A stretch of DNA of 64,000 nt from Abditibacterium sp. GTDB taxonomy: Bacteria > Armatimonadota > Abditibacteriia > Abditibacteriales > Abditibacteriaceae. The notes beneath the pieces were generated by a model. The model was not told the DNA's origin. It saw nothing but the letters and a program-made list of their open reading frames with translations, and searched no databases. The stretch is from the NCBI GenBank assembly GCA_965199495.1, contig CBDASK010000003.1:1984001-2048000 (forward strand). Direction: 5' to 3'. How positions within the stretch are numbered: the first letter of the stretch is position 1; each line of letters begins with the position of its first letter. A program made the translations under genes and the position numbers. Shown here one piece after another: positions 1 through 10,104 of the stretch.

Positions 1-249
1 GAAATGCTGCTGGCCGCGCGCGGGCACGATTACGCGGTGCGCATTGATACCGGCGCCGAAGAGGATATTCGCGGTTTCGTGCGCGAAGTTGGGCCGGAAA
101 CGGTTTCCATCGAAAAGTTCAATTTGCACGGACAAAGCGACGGCGATTGCACGCTCGATATGGACATCATTGACGGCATTTACGTGGACGACGATGAATT
201 GCAGGATTTAAAATTACTGGCGCGCTGGCACGATATGCCGCCGGTTTAG
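1..249 (+). CDS. Hypothetical protein, C-terminal part (probably begins before the window)
   Basis: Open frame from the window edge to TAG at 247-249; acidic, protein-like composition; no recognised motif. Confidence 0.5.
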   Translation, partial: EMLLAARGHDYAVRIDTGAEEDIRGFVREVGPETVSIEKFNLHGQSDGDCTLDMDIIDGIYVDDDELQDLKLLARWHDMPPV

Positions 250-269
250 ATGCGACATAAACTGCGCCC

Positions 270-632
270 ATGACCGCTACTTCGCGCGAGCAAATCGCGC
301 CTTATGTCACCGCCGACGGCTCGACGATTCGCGAACTGCTCAACGCCGCCAATTCGCCGATGACGAACCAGAGTTTGGCCGAAGCGACATTAATTCCCGG
401 CCAGCAGACGGCGCGCCATTTTCATCCGCAGTCGCAGGAGATTTATTTCATCTTGAGCGGGCGTGGCTGCCTGACGATTGGCGATGAAATGCGCGAGGTG
501 CAAAGCGGCGATGCCATCGCAATTGCGGCGGGACAGGCGCATTGTGTCGAAAATATCGGCGCGGGCGAGCTGCGTTTGTTGTGCTGTTGCGCGCCCGCCT
601 ACTCGCACGAAGACACAGTTTTGTGCCCCTAA
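270..632 (+). CDS. Cupin domain protein (Cupin_2)
   Basis: HFHPQSQEIYFILSGRG and GDAIAIAAGQAHCVEN cupin motifs. Confidence 0.85.
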   Translation: MTATSREQIAPYVTADGSTIRELLNAANSPMTNQSLAEATLIPGQQTARHFHPQSQEIYFILSGRGCLTIGDEMREVQSGDAIAIAAGQAHCVENIGAGELRLLCCCAPAYSHEDTVLCP

Positions 633-759
633 TTTGCTCTGTTCGAGCGTGACAAAACCAGTGACGGGTTGTGCGCACTGCCACTGGTGCGGCATCCTTA
701 ATGCTTGGCAGAAAAGTTCTCCAACGGAGCGAACGGCAAAAATTAAAACAGGAAAAACT

Positions 760-1788
760 ATGGCGCTATTTGGTAAAAAGAAAGCGGCGGCAACTCCCGC
801 CCCTCAACCCAATCCCGAAGATGACATTCAGGTCATGGGCGGCGACGCCGACGAAACCGGCCTCGAAGACGACGACGGCGGACAAGTCATTGACTTCGAT
901 GCCATCGCGCAAGACCTCAACGCGCACGACAACGACTCGACGATGGATGCGTTTCTGGGCCGCAATGCCGACGCCAGTGACGATACCAGCCACGGCGCGG
1001 CAGATGTCCCTGATGCCACCAATTTAGACGATGAAATTGATTTCGGCACCAACTTCGACGCGGGCACGCCCGCAATTCCAGTTGCGACCGAAACCAATCC
1101 ATTCGCTGAAACGCCCGATTTCGGCAACGCGCCCGACATCGAGCCGATAGTTCAGGCGCCCGATGTTCAGACGCCCGACGTTCAGACGCACGCGCCACCG
1201 ATGACTTATACAGCGCCGATTCTGACTTCCGATTTGGCCGCCAACGGTTCGGCGCCCGCTATGAAAAAATCGGTGCCGTTGCCGATGTTGCTGGGGGCCG
1301 TTGGGCTTTTGGCGGCGTTGGGCGGCGTGGGTTACTGGGTCACCAGCGCGAAACCAGAAACCCCAGCACCCGTCGTCGCGGCGAACCCGCCATCGGAAAC
1401 CATTCCCTCGACACCCGGTGCTGCCAATGATACTATGCCCAGTGGCGCCGTGGCTGCTCCGGGCGGGCCGAGTGGCGCGGTCAATCAGGGCATCGCCGTT
1501 GACGGCGTTCCCATCACGCCCGGCGCGGTCGTTCGGCAAGCGCCCATCGGTTCCGTCGCGCCCAACACCGCGCTGGGCACCGCACCAGCCACGGCGTTGG
1601 GAGGGGCCAATGCCAACGTAACGCCCGCCGTCAAAGCACAGCTTAAAGCGTTGTGGAACAAAGGCGCCGAAGCCAAACACTCCGGCGACTTCGCCGGAGC
1701 GCGCGCCGCGTGGACGCAAATGCAAAATTTGCGTCCCAGTGCCGCCGTCAAATCGGCCATTGACAAGTTGCCGCCAGCTAAAAGATAA
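760..1788 (+). CDS. Hypothetical single-pass membrane protein (acidic N-terminus, TM, Pro/Ala-rich linker, TPR-like C-terminal helices)
   Basis: ATG at 760 after AGGA (MALFGKKK), in the frame of ORF 478..1788; TM segment LLGAVGLLAALGGVGYWV. Confidence 0.65.
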   Translation: MALFGKKKAAATPAPQPNPEDDIQVMGGDADETGLEDDDGGQVIDFDAIAQDLNAHDNDSTMDAFLGRNADASDDTSHGAADVPDATNLDDEIDFGTNFDAGTPAIPVATETNPFAETPDFGNAPDIEPIVQAPDVQTPDVQTHAPPMTYTAPILTSDLAANGSAPAMKKSVPLPMLLGAVGLLAALGGVGYWVTSAKPETPAPVVAANPPSETIPSTPGAANDTMPSGAVAAPGGPSGAVNQGIAVDGVPITPGAVVRQAPIGSVAPNTALGTAPATALGGANANVTPAVKAQLKALWNKGAEAKHSGDFAGARAAWTQMQNLRPSAAVKSAIDKLPPAKR

Positions 1789-1792
1789 GAGG

Positions 1793-1830
1793 TAAAAGTA
1801 AGCTCTAAAAACTAAATGAGCTTACTTTTA
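1793..1830. repeat. 13-bp intergenic inverted repeat upstream of tmk
   Basis: TAAAAGTAAGCTC ... GAGCTTACTTTTA. Confidence 0.6.
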
Positions 1831-1847
1831 GTCTTCATTCTTTCTTC

Positions 1848-2456
1848 ATGTTCATTACTTTCGAGGGCATTGACGGCTGCGGCAAAACCACACAATTGCT
1901 CCGCTTGAAGGCGCGATTGGAAGCGCGCGGCGTCGCCGTGGTTTCGACGCGCGAACCGGGCGGCACAGCGCTCGCCGAATCGTTGCGCGAAACGTTGTTG
2001 CACGGCGGCGATATTACGGCACGCGCCGAACTTTTATTGTTTGGCGCCGCGCGCGCCCAACACGCGAGCGAAATCATTCGGCCCGCATTGGAGCGCGGCG
2101 CGTGGGTTTTGTGCGACCGATTCATTGATTCGAGCGAGGCGTATCAGGGCGGCGGATTGGGTTTGAATCGCGATTTCATCCGCGCCATGAACGCGTTCGC
2201 GACTGACGATTTAACGCCCGACCTCACATTTTTTGTGGATGTCGCGCCCGACGTTGGAGCGTCTCGACGAGCGGGCGAAAAAGCCGACCGCATCGAATCG
2301 CGCGGCGCGGAGTTTGGCGAACGCGTGCGCGCGATTTATCTCGAAATCGCCGCGCGCGAAAAGGCGCGCGTCGTCACGGTTGATGGCGCGTTGTCGCCCG
2401 ACGAAGTTGAGGCGGCGATTTGGGGGAAACTTTCGCAATTGCTTCCAAAACCATGA
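1848..2456 (+). CDS. tmk: Thymidylate kinase
   Basis: FITFEGIDGCGKTTQ P-loop, TREPGGT, CDRF..SS.AYQG. Confidence 0.96.
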   Translation: MFITFEGIDGCGKTTQLLRLKARLEARGVAVVSTREPGGTALAESLRETLLHGGDITARAELLLFGAARAQHASEIIRPALERGAWVLCDRFIDSSEAYQGGGLGLNRDFIRAMNAFATDDLTPDLTFFVDVAPDVGASRRAGEKADRIESRGAEFGERVRAIYLEIAAREKARVVTVDGALSPDEVEAAIWGKLSQLLPKP

Positions 2457-3541
2457 ACCCACTTATCGGACACCAGCCACGTTGGAACGCCATCGCGCGC
2501 GCGTTTAGCAAAGGCATCGTGCCGCAAACTTTGTTGGTGAGCGGGCCGCCGGGCGTTGGCAAAACGACGTTCGTGACGCGTTATGCGCAACTGCTGTTGT
2601 GCGCCGATTTGCAAACCGACGAAGCCGGTTTGCCCGCGCCCTGCGGCCTTTGCAGAGCGTGCCATCAAGTCGCAATCGGTACTTTTCCCGATTACCGATT
2701 TTTCCGTCCGTGGATCGGTTCGTCGGAGAAAACCGATGCGCCCGAAGCGCTCGATGCGAGCGTAATTACGGTGGATTTGGCGCGTGCATTTAATCACGAA
2801 GCCGAATTGAAACCGGTCGTTGGCGCGCGCAAAGTTTTGGTAATGCACCAGTTTGAGCGCGCCAACGATAGCGCGCAAAACGCGATGCTCAAGACGCTCG
2901 AAGAACCACCGGCCTCGACTTCGCTGGTTTTGACCTGCGAAAATCCGCGCCGCCTACGCGAAACCATTCTCTCGCGCTGCTGGCACTTGCAACTGGTTCC
3001 GGCGCCTTTAACGGAAATCGGCGCGTGGCTGCAAAGCCAGTTTCCCGATGCTTCGGCAAATCAAATTGACATCGCCCTCCGCGCGTGTCTGGGCCGACCG
3101 GGCGCGGCGTGGTGCGAATTGGAACGCTTGCAAAACGCGACCGACGAGAACGGTTCGCGCTTTCAAATCGCCTCGGAAATGCTCAATCGTTTGGACAACG
3201 CGTTGCCCGTGGCTGCTCTGGGGTTCACCGCCGAAGCGATCAAATGGGCCGAAGTCTGGTGGGACGAAGACGCGGGTGCAGAAGCCGACGCCAAAAAGCT
3301 GGCGAGCAAAGGCAAACGCACGGCGGCGGCGCGTTTTTTAGACGAACTCATGGTCGCCGCGCGCGCGCGTTGGATGAACGATCCGAGTTCCTACACGCAG
3401 GGTGCGGCGCGCTTGGATCAAATGCGCCGCGCGCGCGAATACATTTTGCGCAATGCCAATGCGCAGTTGGCCCTCGATGTGATGTTTGGCCGTCTGATTG
3501 CCACAAAAGCGCGCGAATTGCCGCGCGGCGCCAGAAATTAA
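2453..3541 (+). CDS. holB: DNA polymerase III subunit delta'
   Basis: GPPGVGKTT, CGLCRAC zinc motif, AQNAMLKTLEEPP, TILSRC; follows tmk with an ATGA overlap. Confidence 0.9.
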   Translation: MNPLIGHQPRWNAIARAFSKGIVPQTLLVSGPPGVGKTTFVTRYAQLLLCADLQTDEAGLPAPCGLCRACHQVAIGTFPDYRFFRPWIGSSEKTDAPEALDASVITVDLARAFNHEAELKPVVGARKVLVMHQFERANDSAQNAMLKTLEEPPASTSLVLTCENPRRLRETILSRCWHLQLVPAPLTEIGAWLQSQFPDASANQIDIALRACLGRPGAAWCELERLQNATDENGSRFQIASEMLNRLDNALPVAALGFTAEAIKWAEVWWDEDAGAEADAKKLASKGKRTAAARFLDELMVAARARWMNDPSSYTQGAARLDQMRRAREYILRNANAQLALDVMFGRLIATKARELPRGARN

Positions 3542-3764
3542 TCAACGCGCGTCAGCAAATGGATTGTTATGAGCGCCATTTTTTCGGCGTTAATTGCTGG
3601 ATTGCGCACACAGAATCACGTTTTGGGAGCGCGGGCACCCAAGTTCAGTTAAAATATAGCGGAAGATTTGACGGCGCCGAAAGAGTACCTTCGCCCGTTC
3701 GTCAAAGGTCAGTCGAGCGTTTGTTGTTTGGAAACGCTCTGGAAAAAGTCGAAGGAGAAAAATT

Positions 3765-4100
3765 ATGTCTCAAGTCGCAGCCGTGGGCGCGGGCAACTTT
3801 GAAAACGAAGTTGTTCAGGCCAGCAAAGAAGAGCTTGTCATCGTGGATTTCTGGGCCGAATGGTGTTCGCCCTGCAAAATGCTGTCGCCGATTTTAGATC
3901 GCGTCGCCGATAAATACACGGGGCGCGTCAAAGTCGTCAAGTGCAATATTGACGAGAATCAGGACATCGCCGGGCAATACGCGATATTTTCGATTCCCAA
4001 TCTGGTGTTCTTCCGCGACGGGCAAGTCGTGGATCAGTCGGTCGGATACGCGGGCGAAGCGCAACTCGCCGCCAAAGTCGAAGAAGTTTTGAACTCCTAA
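3765..4100 (+). CDS. trxA: Thioredoxin
   Basis: VDFWAEWCSPCK active site; SD GGAG upstream. Confidence 0.93.
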   Translation: MSQVAAVGAGNFENEVVQASKEELVIVDFWAEWCSPCKMLSPILDRVADKYTGRVKVVKCNIDENQDIAGQYAIFSIPNLVFFRDGQVVDQSVGYAGEAQLAAKVEEVLNS

Positions 4101-4129
4101 TGGCCATTTTTCATGGCCGACAATTTCCT

Positions 4130-4891
4130 ATGACCTTCGAGAAACCGCGCGTCGCCGCCATAATTCCGGCCTACAACGAAGCAGATCGCGTCGTCGCCGT
4201 TCTCGAATCTATCGCTGATGCCCACAACGTCAGCGAAGTTTTGTGCGTCACCGACGGTTGCTCCGACGACACCGCCGCGCAGGTCGAAGCGTTCATCGCT
4301 GGGCGCGACGCAGCAGCCACGCCGGTTCGCTTGTTGGAACTCGTCCAGAATATCGGCAAAGGCGGCGCGATGGCGCACGGCGCGCACCACACCGACGCCG
4401 AAGTTTTGCTGTTTCTCGACGCCGATTTAATCGGCCTGAAATCCACGCAAGTGGACGAGATGCTCGAACCGATGCTGCACGAACATGAACCCGCCGACAT
4501 GACGCTGGGCCTGTTTGGCGCCGTGCGCGGCGGGCCTTTGGGTTGGTGGCTGAGTTGGTGCCATCGCGCCACGCCCTCGATTACCGGCCAGCGCGCGATT
4601 CGTCGCGACCTGTTTTTGTCCACGCCCGGCCTGACGCGCTCGCGCTTTGGCGTCGAGGCCGCGATTACGCGCTGGGTGCAATCTGATCCAAGTTTAAAAG
4701 TGGATTTCGTCTATCTGCATTCGGTGACGCATCCGATTAAAGAAGAAAAATTGGGCGTAATTCGCGGCACGCGTAATCGCATGAGAATGTATCGCGACAT
4801 CGGCCAAACGTTGGTTTCGGACGTGGCGCGCCAGCAAACCGCGATTCGCCGCGAAAAAGCGTTGCGCTGGTTCGAGCGTTTGACGAAATAG
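4130..4891 (+). CDS. Glycosyltransferase family 2
   Basis: IIPAYNEA, DGCSDDT, NIGKGGA and FLDADL motifs. Confidence 0.88.
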   Translation: MTFEKPRVAAIIPAYNEADRVVAVLESIADAHNVSEVLCVTDGCSDDTAAQVEAFIAGRDAAATPVRLLELVQNIGKGGAMAHGAHHTDAEVLLFLDADLIGLKSTQVDEMLEPMLHEHEPADMTLGLFGAVRGGPLGWWLSWCHRATPSITGQRAIRRDLFLSTPGLTRSRFGVEAAITRWVQSDPSLKVDFVYLHSVTHPIKEEKLGVIRGTRNRMRMYRDIGQTLVSDVARQQTAIRREKALRWFERLTK

Positions 4892-4898
4892 AATTCCG

Positions 4899-5117
4899 AT
4901 GTGGCTCGCTCTCACGCTCTTTTTCTTCGTCGCTTTTTTAGCGTCGCTTTTCGGCGTCGCGCGTCTGGGCTTCGACGCTCAGGGCCAATGGCAACGCGGC
5001 GGCAAATATCTCATCGGCGGCGCGGCGCTTTCGCTTTTTATCTGGCTTTTTGCCCTCTCGAAAGTGCCGCCGCCCTACCCGATGCAGGAACTCAAAAATT
5101 ACGAGTTGCCGAAATAG
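4899..5117 (+). CDS. Small two-TM membrane protein
   Basis: Two hydrophobic helices; co-oriented with the GT2 gene; ends at the terminator. Confidence 0.55.
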   Translation: MWLALTLFFFVAFLASLFGVARLGFDAQGQWQRGGKYLIGGAALSLFIWLFALSKVPPPYPMQELKNYELPK

Positions 5118-5160
5118 AAAAGAGCCAGCAAATTCGGTTTGCTGGCTCTTTTCTATTTCG
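5110..5160. terminator. Bidirectional intrinsic terminator that includes both stop codons
   Basis: Perfect 23-bp IR CGAAATAGAAAAGAGCCAGCAAA-TTCGG-TTTGCTGGCTCTTTTCTATTTCG between convergent genes. Confidence 0.85.
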
Positions 5161-7453
5161 CCGCCAGATAGACAATCGTCAAATCGTCGCTTTGCGGGGC
5201 GTCGCCGACGTGTTCTTGCACGGCGGCTTCGAGATGTCTCATCTCGCGGCTTTCCTGCTCAACTGGAGGATTGCAACTCGCCGAATCATCGCTGAAAATA
5301 CCGCTATCGGCGACCTTGGATTTCCTGCGGCTGGGCTTTTTGGGCTGGACGTGGTTGCTTGCGCCGTTGCCATTGGTTGCGGCGCTCTTTGGCGAATTTT
5401 CGCCCAAGGTTTGCGGCGGCACGCCCAGAGATTCCAAAACTCTGTCCATGCCGAACTCTTCGCCCGACGAGTTCATCGCTTCCGTCAGGCCGTCGGTGAA
5501 GAGTAGCAGACGGTCGCCGGAGTGCATTTGGATGGTTTCGATTTCCAGAAAATCGGAAAATTCCGGCGCGCCGATGATGCCCAACGGGAAACCTTCGGGC
5601 GAGAGCATCTCAACGGTGTGGTCGGAGTGCGCGAACAATAACGTCTCGTGCCCGGCGCGCGCCCAAGTGAATTTTTTGGTCGAAACTTCCAAAATCCCAT
5701 AAACGCAGGTCACGAACATATCGCGGCGCAGGTCTTCCGAAATAAACGTGTTGACGCGGCTCAACACGTCGCGCACATCGTAATTATCGGGCGCCTGAAT
5801 GCGAAACGCCGAGCGAATCATCGCCACGACCAAGGCCGCGTAAACGCCCTTACCCGAAACATCGGCCACGACGATGCCCAGATGATCGTCGTCCACCCAG
5901 AAGAAATCGTAATAATCGCCGCCGACTTCCATCGCCGATGTGCCGCGCGCCGCGATCTCGAAGCCCTCGATAATCGGGCAATGATCGGGCAGCAAACGCT
6001 GCTGAATATCGCGCGCAATTTGCAGGTCGCGGCGCAAACGTTCCTGCGCGGCGACTTCGACGGTGAGAAGCGCATTGTTGATGCTCAAGCTGGCTTGGTC
6101 GGCGAGGGTTTGCAGCAGCGATTTATCGTCTTCGCCAAAGCTGCCGCGCTGCTTGTTCAAAACCGCCATCACGCCGAGCATTTCGTCGCGCACGCGCAGG
6201 GGCACAACCAGAAGCGAGCGGTTGCGCATATATTCGGTCGTGGTGCCCAGCAAAATTTTCGCGGCGCGCGCATCAAAGATGAGTTGGGCGTGGCCGCTCT
6301 GGGCGACTTCACCGATGACGCCTTCGCCCAGCGCGAACCGTTGTTCGCGCATCTGTTCTTCCAGCGATTCGGTGCGCCGCTCGTTCAAGTTGCTGCTCAC
6401 TTCGACATAAAGCGGCGGGAAAAAGTTGAGCACGACGCGCGGCTCTAATTCGGTTTTGTCGTTGTCGAACAAGAAAATCGCGCCCGCCGAAGCCTCGGTC
6501 GTTTCGAGCGCCGATTCCAGAATAATACCCAGAATCTGATTCACTTCGACATCGGTGGTGAACGCCTCGCCCAACCGCTTGAGGAAGGTAAAAATTACCG
6601 TTCGCTCGCGGCCCAGACGGTGCCGCGACAGCTCCATCGCTTCGTAATCGTTGAGCGTGCCACGCGCAATCGAACCAACCAGCATCGTGGTCGCCACGAA
6701 CAAACCGACCGGGTAAAACGACGGATTGTGCAGCAAGTCGCCCATCGTGAGTACGACCAGCCACGTCCCCAGTGCGATGAAAATCGTGGTGTTGGGGAAA
6801 ATTAATAATCCGGCGATGGGAGTTTCTTGGTTGCGTCCACGCAAAGTGACGATGAGAAACGCGAGTAGCGCAACGCGAAACAGTAACGTCGCCCACAACA
6901 TCACGACGTGCGCGTTAGGGCCCAGTAAATTGGTCGAGTAAAGCAGGGCCAACAGGCCCATGATGGACGCCACGACCGACAGAATTTGCAACGGCACGCT
7001 GGAACCTTTGGCGCCTTCGCCTTCGCCCATTTTCCATTCGTGCAACAGAGCGTAACCCAAAAACGCCAATCCGATGGTTTCCAAAACGCCCAGCCACGGC
7101 CAGATATGGGTCGCCAGAAGAATGCTGGAATCGAATCTGCCCGAATTCCACCAGCTCACCCATTTGTCCCACGCGCCGCCCTGAAAAACCGAAGCCGTGA
7201 CGACGAGGCTGAGAAATTGGCGAATCAGCAGCACGCTGAAAGCCATTAAGAGGCGCGTATATTGGACGCGGCGACGGCGCGCGGCGGCGAAATAATCGTA
7301 GGAGGGTTTCTCTTCGGTGAAGTAGAGATAGAGATATTCGCGGCGCCGCGCGGCGTTCCAGTCGAAATAAACGAACAGCAACCCGCCCGCGCAAATCAGC
7401 AGGTTGAGAACGCTTAACGCAAAAACGACCGTTGGTGTCGCAATCATAACCAC
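5153..7453 (-). CDS. Membrane-bound GAF + SpoIIE (PP2C, RsbU-like) phosphatase
   Basis: Multi-TM N-terminus, GAF domain, EVGGDYYDF, VADVSGKG, LLFTDGLTEA, QSDDLT. Confidence 0.9.
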   Translation of the reverse strand: MVMIATPTVVFALSVLNLLICAGGLLFVYFDWNAARRREYLYLYFTEEKPSYDYFAAARRRRVQYTRLLMAFSVLLIRQFLSLVVTASVFQGGAWDKWVSWWNSGRFDSSILLATHIWPWLGVLETIGLAFLGYALLHEWKMGEGEGAKGSSVPLQILSVVASIMGLLALLYSTNLLGPNAHVVMLWATLLFRVALLAFLIVTLRGRNQETPIAGLLIFPNTTIFIALGTWLVVLTMGDLLHNPSFYPVGLFVATTMLVGSIARGTLNDYEAMELSRHRLGRERTVIFTFLKRLGEAFTTDVEVNQILGIILESALETTEASAGAIFLFDNDKTELEPRVVLNFFPPLYVEVSSNLNERRTESLEEQMREQRFALGEGVIGEVAQSGHAQLIFDARAAKILLGTTTEYMRNRSLLVVPLRVRDEMLGVMAVLNKQRGSFGEDDKSLLQTLADQASLSINNALLTVEVAAQERLRRDLQIARDIQQRLLPDHCPIIEGFEIAARGTSAMEVGGDYYDFFWVDDDHLGIVVADVSGKGVYAALVVAMIRSAFRIQAPDNYDVRDVLSRVNTFISEDLRRDMFVTCVYGILEVSTKKFTWARAGHETLLFAHSDHTVEMLSPEGFPLGIIGAPEFSDFLEIETIQMHSGDRLLLFTDGLTEAMNSSGEEFGMDRVLESLGVPPQTLGENSPKSAATNGNGASNHVQPKKPSRRKSKVADSGIFSDDSASCNPPVEQESREMRHLEAAVQEHVGDAPQSDDLTIVYLAAK

Positions 7454-7814
7454 ACGGATTCCTCATCGTTAGCGCCGCCTTATCAAAATCAAAAGCGGAC
7501 GCAAAAATAAACGCGAGAAGAGAACCGTTATTCTCTAAAAATTTCTCTGGCTCAATCGCTCGAATTTCGCTTACGCGCGCCAAACATCGAAGTTCATTAG
7601 TTCGCGCAAAACGCATTTCAAACGTGGTTTCTACCTCGCATTATAACACTCCTTCGCCCCGACTAAAACCATAAAGCCCAAAATTTGACATTGACGCTGA
7701 GTGAATTCTGTAATTAAGCACCGAAATGGCCGCGAAAGTCGCGAAAGTGCGCCCATTTATCGCGACGTTTTGCTCCTTGATTATTTCGCCGCCACCGTAT
7801 AAGTTCAATACTCC

Positions 7815-8933
7815 ATGAACCGCTACAAAATCTCCGGCGCGTTAATTATTAGCGCCGCGTTCATCCTGCCCAACATCAGCCACGCCCAACCGACGCCCGC
7901 AAAAACGCCAGCAAAAGAGGGCAAAGCATTCACAATGGATGACGTTGAGAGCATTGAGACCGCTCAAATTCAGGTGCGCAACGTCGCTTCCAACCTCATG
8001 GCTTACTGGCTCGACCCGCTCCATCAGCCGATGCCAATATCCATTCAGATGAGCGAGAGAAACGCGGGGATTCTCTACAGAACGGGAATTGCGGTGGCGG
8101 CCCAACCGGGCAACGGCAAAGGGCCGGGCGACTTGAGATTGCCAAACGGCGTTCAGGGTCTCGTTTCGGTTGACCCACAAAATGTGCTGCGCGTCAGAGG
8201 CACCAAAGCTGGCATCGAGACGTTGCAGAAGTTGGTTAAAGACATGGACGTGCCATTGAATGAAGTGGGTATTGAAGCGCAAATTTGGGAAATGTCGCCC
8301 GATACATTCAAAAGTTTGCCACTGGTTTTTCGCTATACCACACAGTATGAGAATGCCCGGCAAAGCACCCAGCCGGTCGGCGATAAACAAGAGAACACAC
8401 CTTTAAACGTGGATTTCTTATGGCGCATCGCGCTCGCGGCGCCCACCTCTGACATCGCTTCCACGACCCAAATCTTGGAGGCGGGTCTGAAAGACAAAAG
8501 CGCCCGTCTGCTCACGGCGCCGCGCGTGACTGTGGTTGATGGATTGGTGGCCACGGTGCAATTGAACGAATCGCGCGCACTTGTTTTCGATGCGGCGAAA
8601 AGTGCCGCGCCGCAGGCAAAGCCAAAAACGAAAGAGAGAGCGTCGCCCGCAGACGATGGGGTCAAAGATAAATTTCCAGAGGGACTGGCTTTTGTCAACG
8701 GTCAAACCGGCCTGACCGTGGGGCCGCTATTGCACGGCGGCGCCCTATCTCTGAACTTTAGCATTTCTCTCGACAGCAGCGTGACTCAGGCAGCGACAAC
8801 GTTACGCGATGGCCAAACGTTAGCGGTTCGTTTGCCCAACGACAATCCCACAACCGGCTGGCCGCGCGTGGCTCTGATTAAAGTGCATATCATCAACCAC
8901 GCGGGTGATGCCGTCGCTGTGCCCGGCGCTTAA
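7815..8933 (+). CDS. Short secretin-like exported protein (paralog 1)
   Basis: Signal peptide; Secretin_N-like DPQNVLRVRGT..IETLQKLVKDMDVP..EVGIEAQI; secretin-like ARLLTAPRVTVVDG. Confidence 0.65.
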   Translation: MNRYKISGALIISAAFILPNISHAQPTPAKTPAKEGKAFTMDDVESIETAQIQVRNVASNLMAYWLDPLHQPMPISIQMSERNAGILYRTGIAVAAQPGNGKGPGDLRLPNGVQGLVSVDPQNVLRVRGTKAGIETLQKLVKDMDVPLNEVGIEAQIWEMSPDTFKSLPLVFRYTTQYENARQSTQPVGDKQENTPLNVDFLWRIALAAPTSDIASTTQILEAGLKDKSARLLTAPRVTVVDGLVATVQLNESRALVFDAAKSAAPQAKPKTKERASPADDGVKDKFPEGLAFVNGQTGLTVGPLLHGGALSLNFSISLDSSVTQAATTLRDGQTLAVRLPNDNPTTGWPRVALIKVHIINHAGDAVAVPGA

Positions 8934-8979
8934 ACTTACCGCCCAATTGGAGACAGCGAACTTCCCAAGAAATCTCACC

Positions 8980-10095
8980 ATGAACCACTCTCAACTTTTG
9001 CGCTCAATAACTCTTTGCGCCGCTCTTGTACTTACCGCCAACAGCAGCCACGCCCAACCCGCATTGGATAAAACGCCGATTGCGGACAAGGCAAATGTCA
9101 CTGATCTGGCGCCGGATAGCCATCTGGCTCAGATCAAAGTGCTTAACATACCTTCCGCATTGATGGCTTACTGGCTCGACCCGACGCGTCAGCCCAAGCC
9201 AATTCAAATCCAACTCAGCGAGGCAAACGGTGGCATTAGACCTTTTGAACGCGATCCACTACCGCGCCAACCCGGCAACGGCAACGGGCCGCGCGATTTG
9301 AAACTGCCGCCGGGCGTCGAAATCGTGGTGTCAGTTGATCCGCAGAACGTGTTACTGGTCAAAGGCAGCAAAGCGGGAGTTGAGGCGCTGCGAAAGTTGG
9401 TCAAAGAGATTGACGTGACCATCGATCAAATCGAAGTTGAGGCGCAGATTTGGGACATGTCGCCCGGCAAATTTGCAAGTTTGCCGATAGTTTTCCGCGA
9501 TGTCGCCTTTGGCAGCGAAAAAATCCCGGTATTAGGCGATGTAAATGCAGCTAAAAATGCCAATATTACCAGCGGCGCAGGCGACTTTTTCGCGCGCGTC
9601 GCATTCGCTGCGCCCACATCTGATATGACGTCAGTAAGGCAAAAGTTGAACGAAGGTCTCGCCGATGGCAGCGCTCGCCTCATCACGGCGCCGCGAGTGA
9701 CCGCTATAGATGGCTTGGTGGCTAGCTTGGCTTCAACCGAAAGCCGCGTTCTCAATTTCGATAAGCCGCCAACACCAAAAGCCGAAGATGAGACAACCAA
9801 TAATGACGACGGCAATGCTCCAAATCCCACTAGAGAAGTCATAGATAGCTGGAAAGCGGGCCTTACTTTGGTCGAAAGTCAAACCGGCTTCGCAGTAGCG
9901 CCCGTGCTACACGGCGACGTAATGAATTTGGGATTCCGAATCACCTTCGACAATACGGTAACGCCGGGCAGCACAGTTATGCGCGACGGCCAAACTTTGG
10001 CGGTTCGTTTACCGAACGATAATCCCGCGACAGGCTGGCCACGCGTGGCCCTGCTCAAAGTGCACGTTATCCGCCGCGCGGGCGAGGCCAACTAA
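8980..10095 (+). CDS. Short secretin-like exported protein (paralog 2)
   Basis: ATG at 8980 (MNHSQLL); shares LMAYWLDP, VSVDPQNVL, TAPRVT and RDGQTLAVRLPNDNP.TGWPRVAL with paralog 1. Confidence 0.65.
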   Translation: MNHSQLLRSITLCAALVLTANSSHAQPALDKTPIADKANVTDLAPDSHLAQIKVLNIPSALMAYWLDPTRQPKPIQIQLSEANGGIRPFERDPLPRQPGNGNGPRDLKLPPGVEIVVSVDPQNVLLVKGSKAGVEALRKLVKEIDVTIDQIEVEAQIWDMSPGKFASLPIVFRDVAFGSEKIPVLGDVNAAKNANITSGAGDFFARVAFAAPTSDMTSVRQKLNEGLADGSARLITAPRVTAIDGLVASLASTESRVLNFDKPPTPKAEDETTNNDDGNAPNPTREVIDSWKAGLTLVESQTGFAVAPVLHGDVMNLGFRITFDNTVTPGSTVMRDGQTLAVRLPNDNPATGWPRVALLKVHVIRRAGEAN

Positions 10096-10104
10096 AATCA
10101 TTCG

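Noticed and set aside
7685..7714. TTGACA-N18-TGTAAT promoter for the secretin-like pair
   Set aside because: Plausible, but spacing and -10 are imperfect and alternatives exist; not enough support to call
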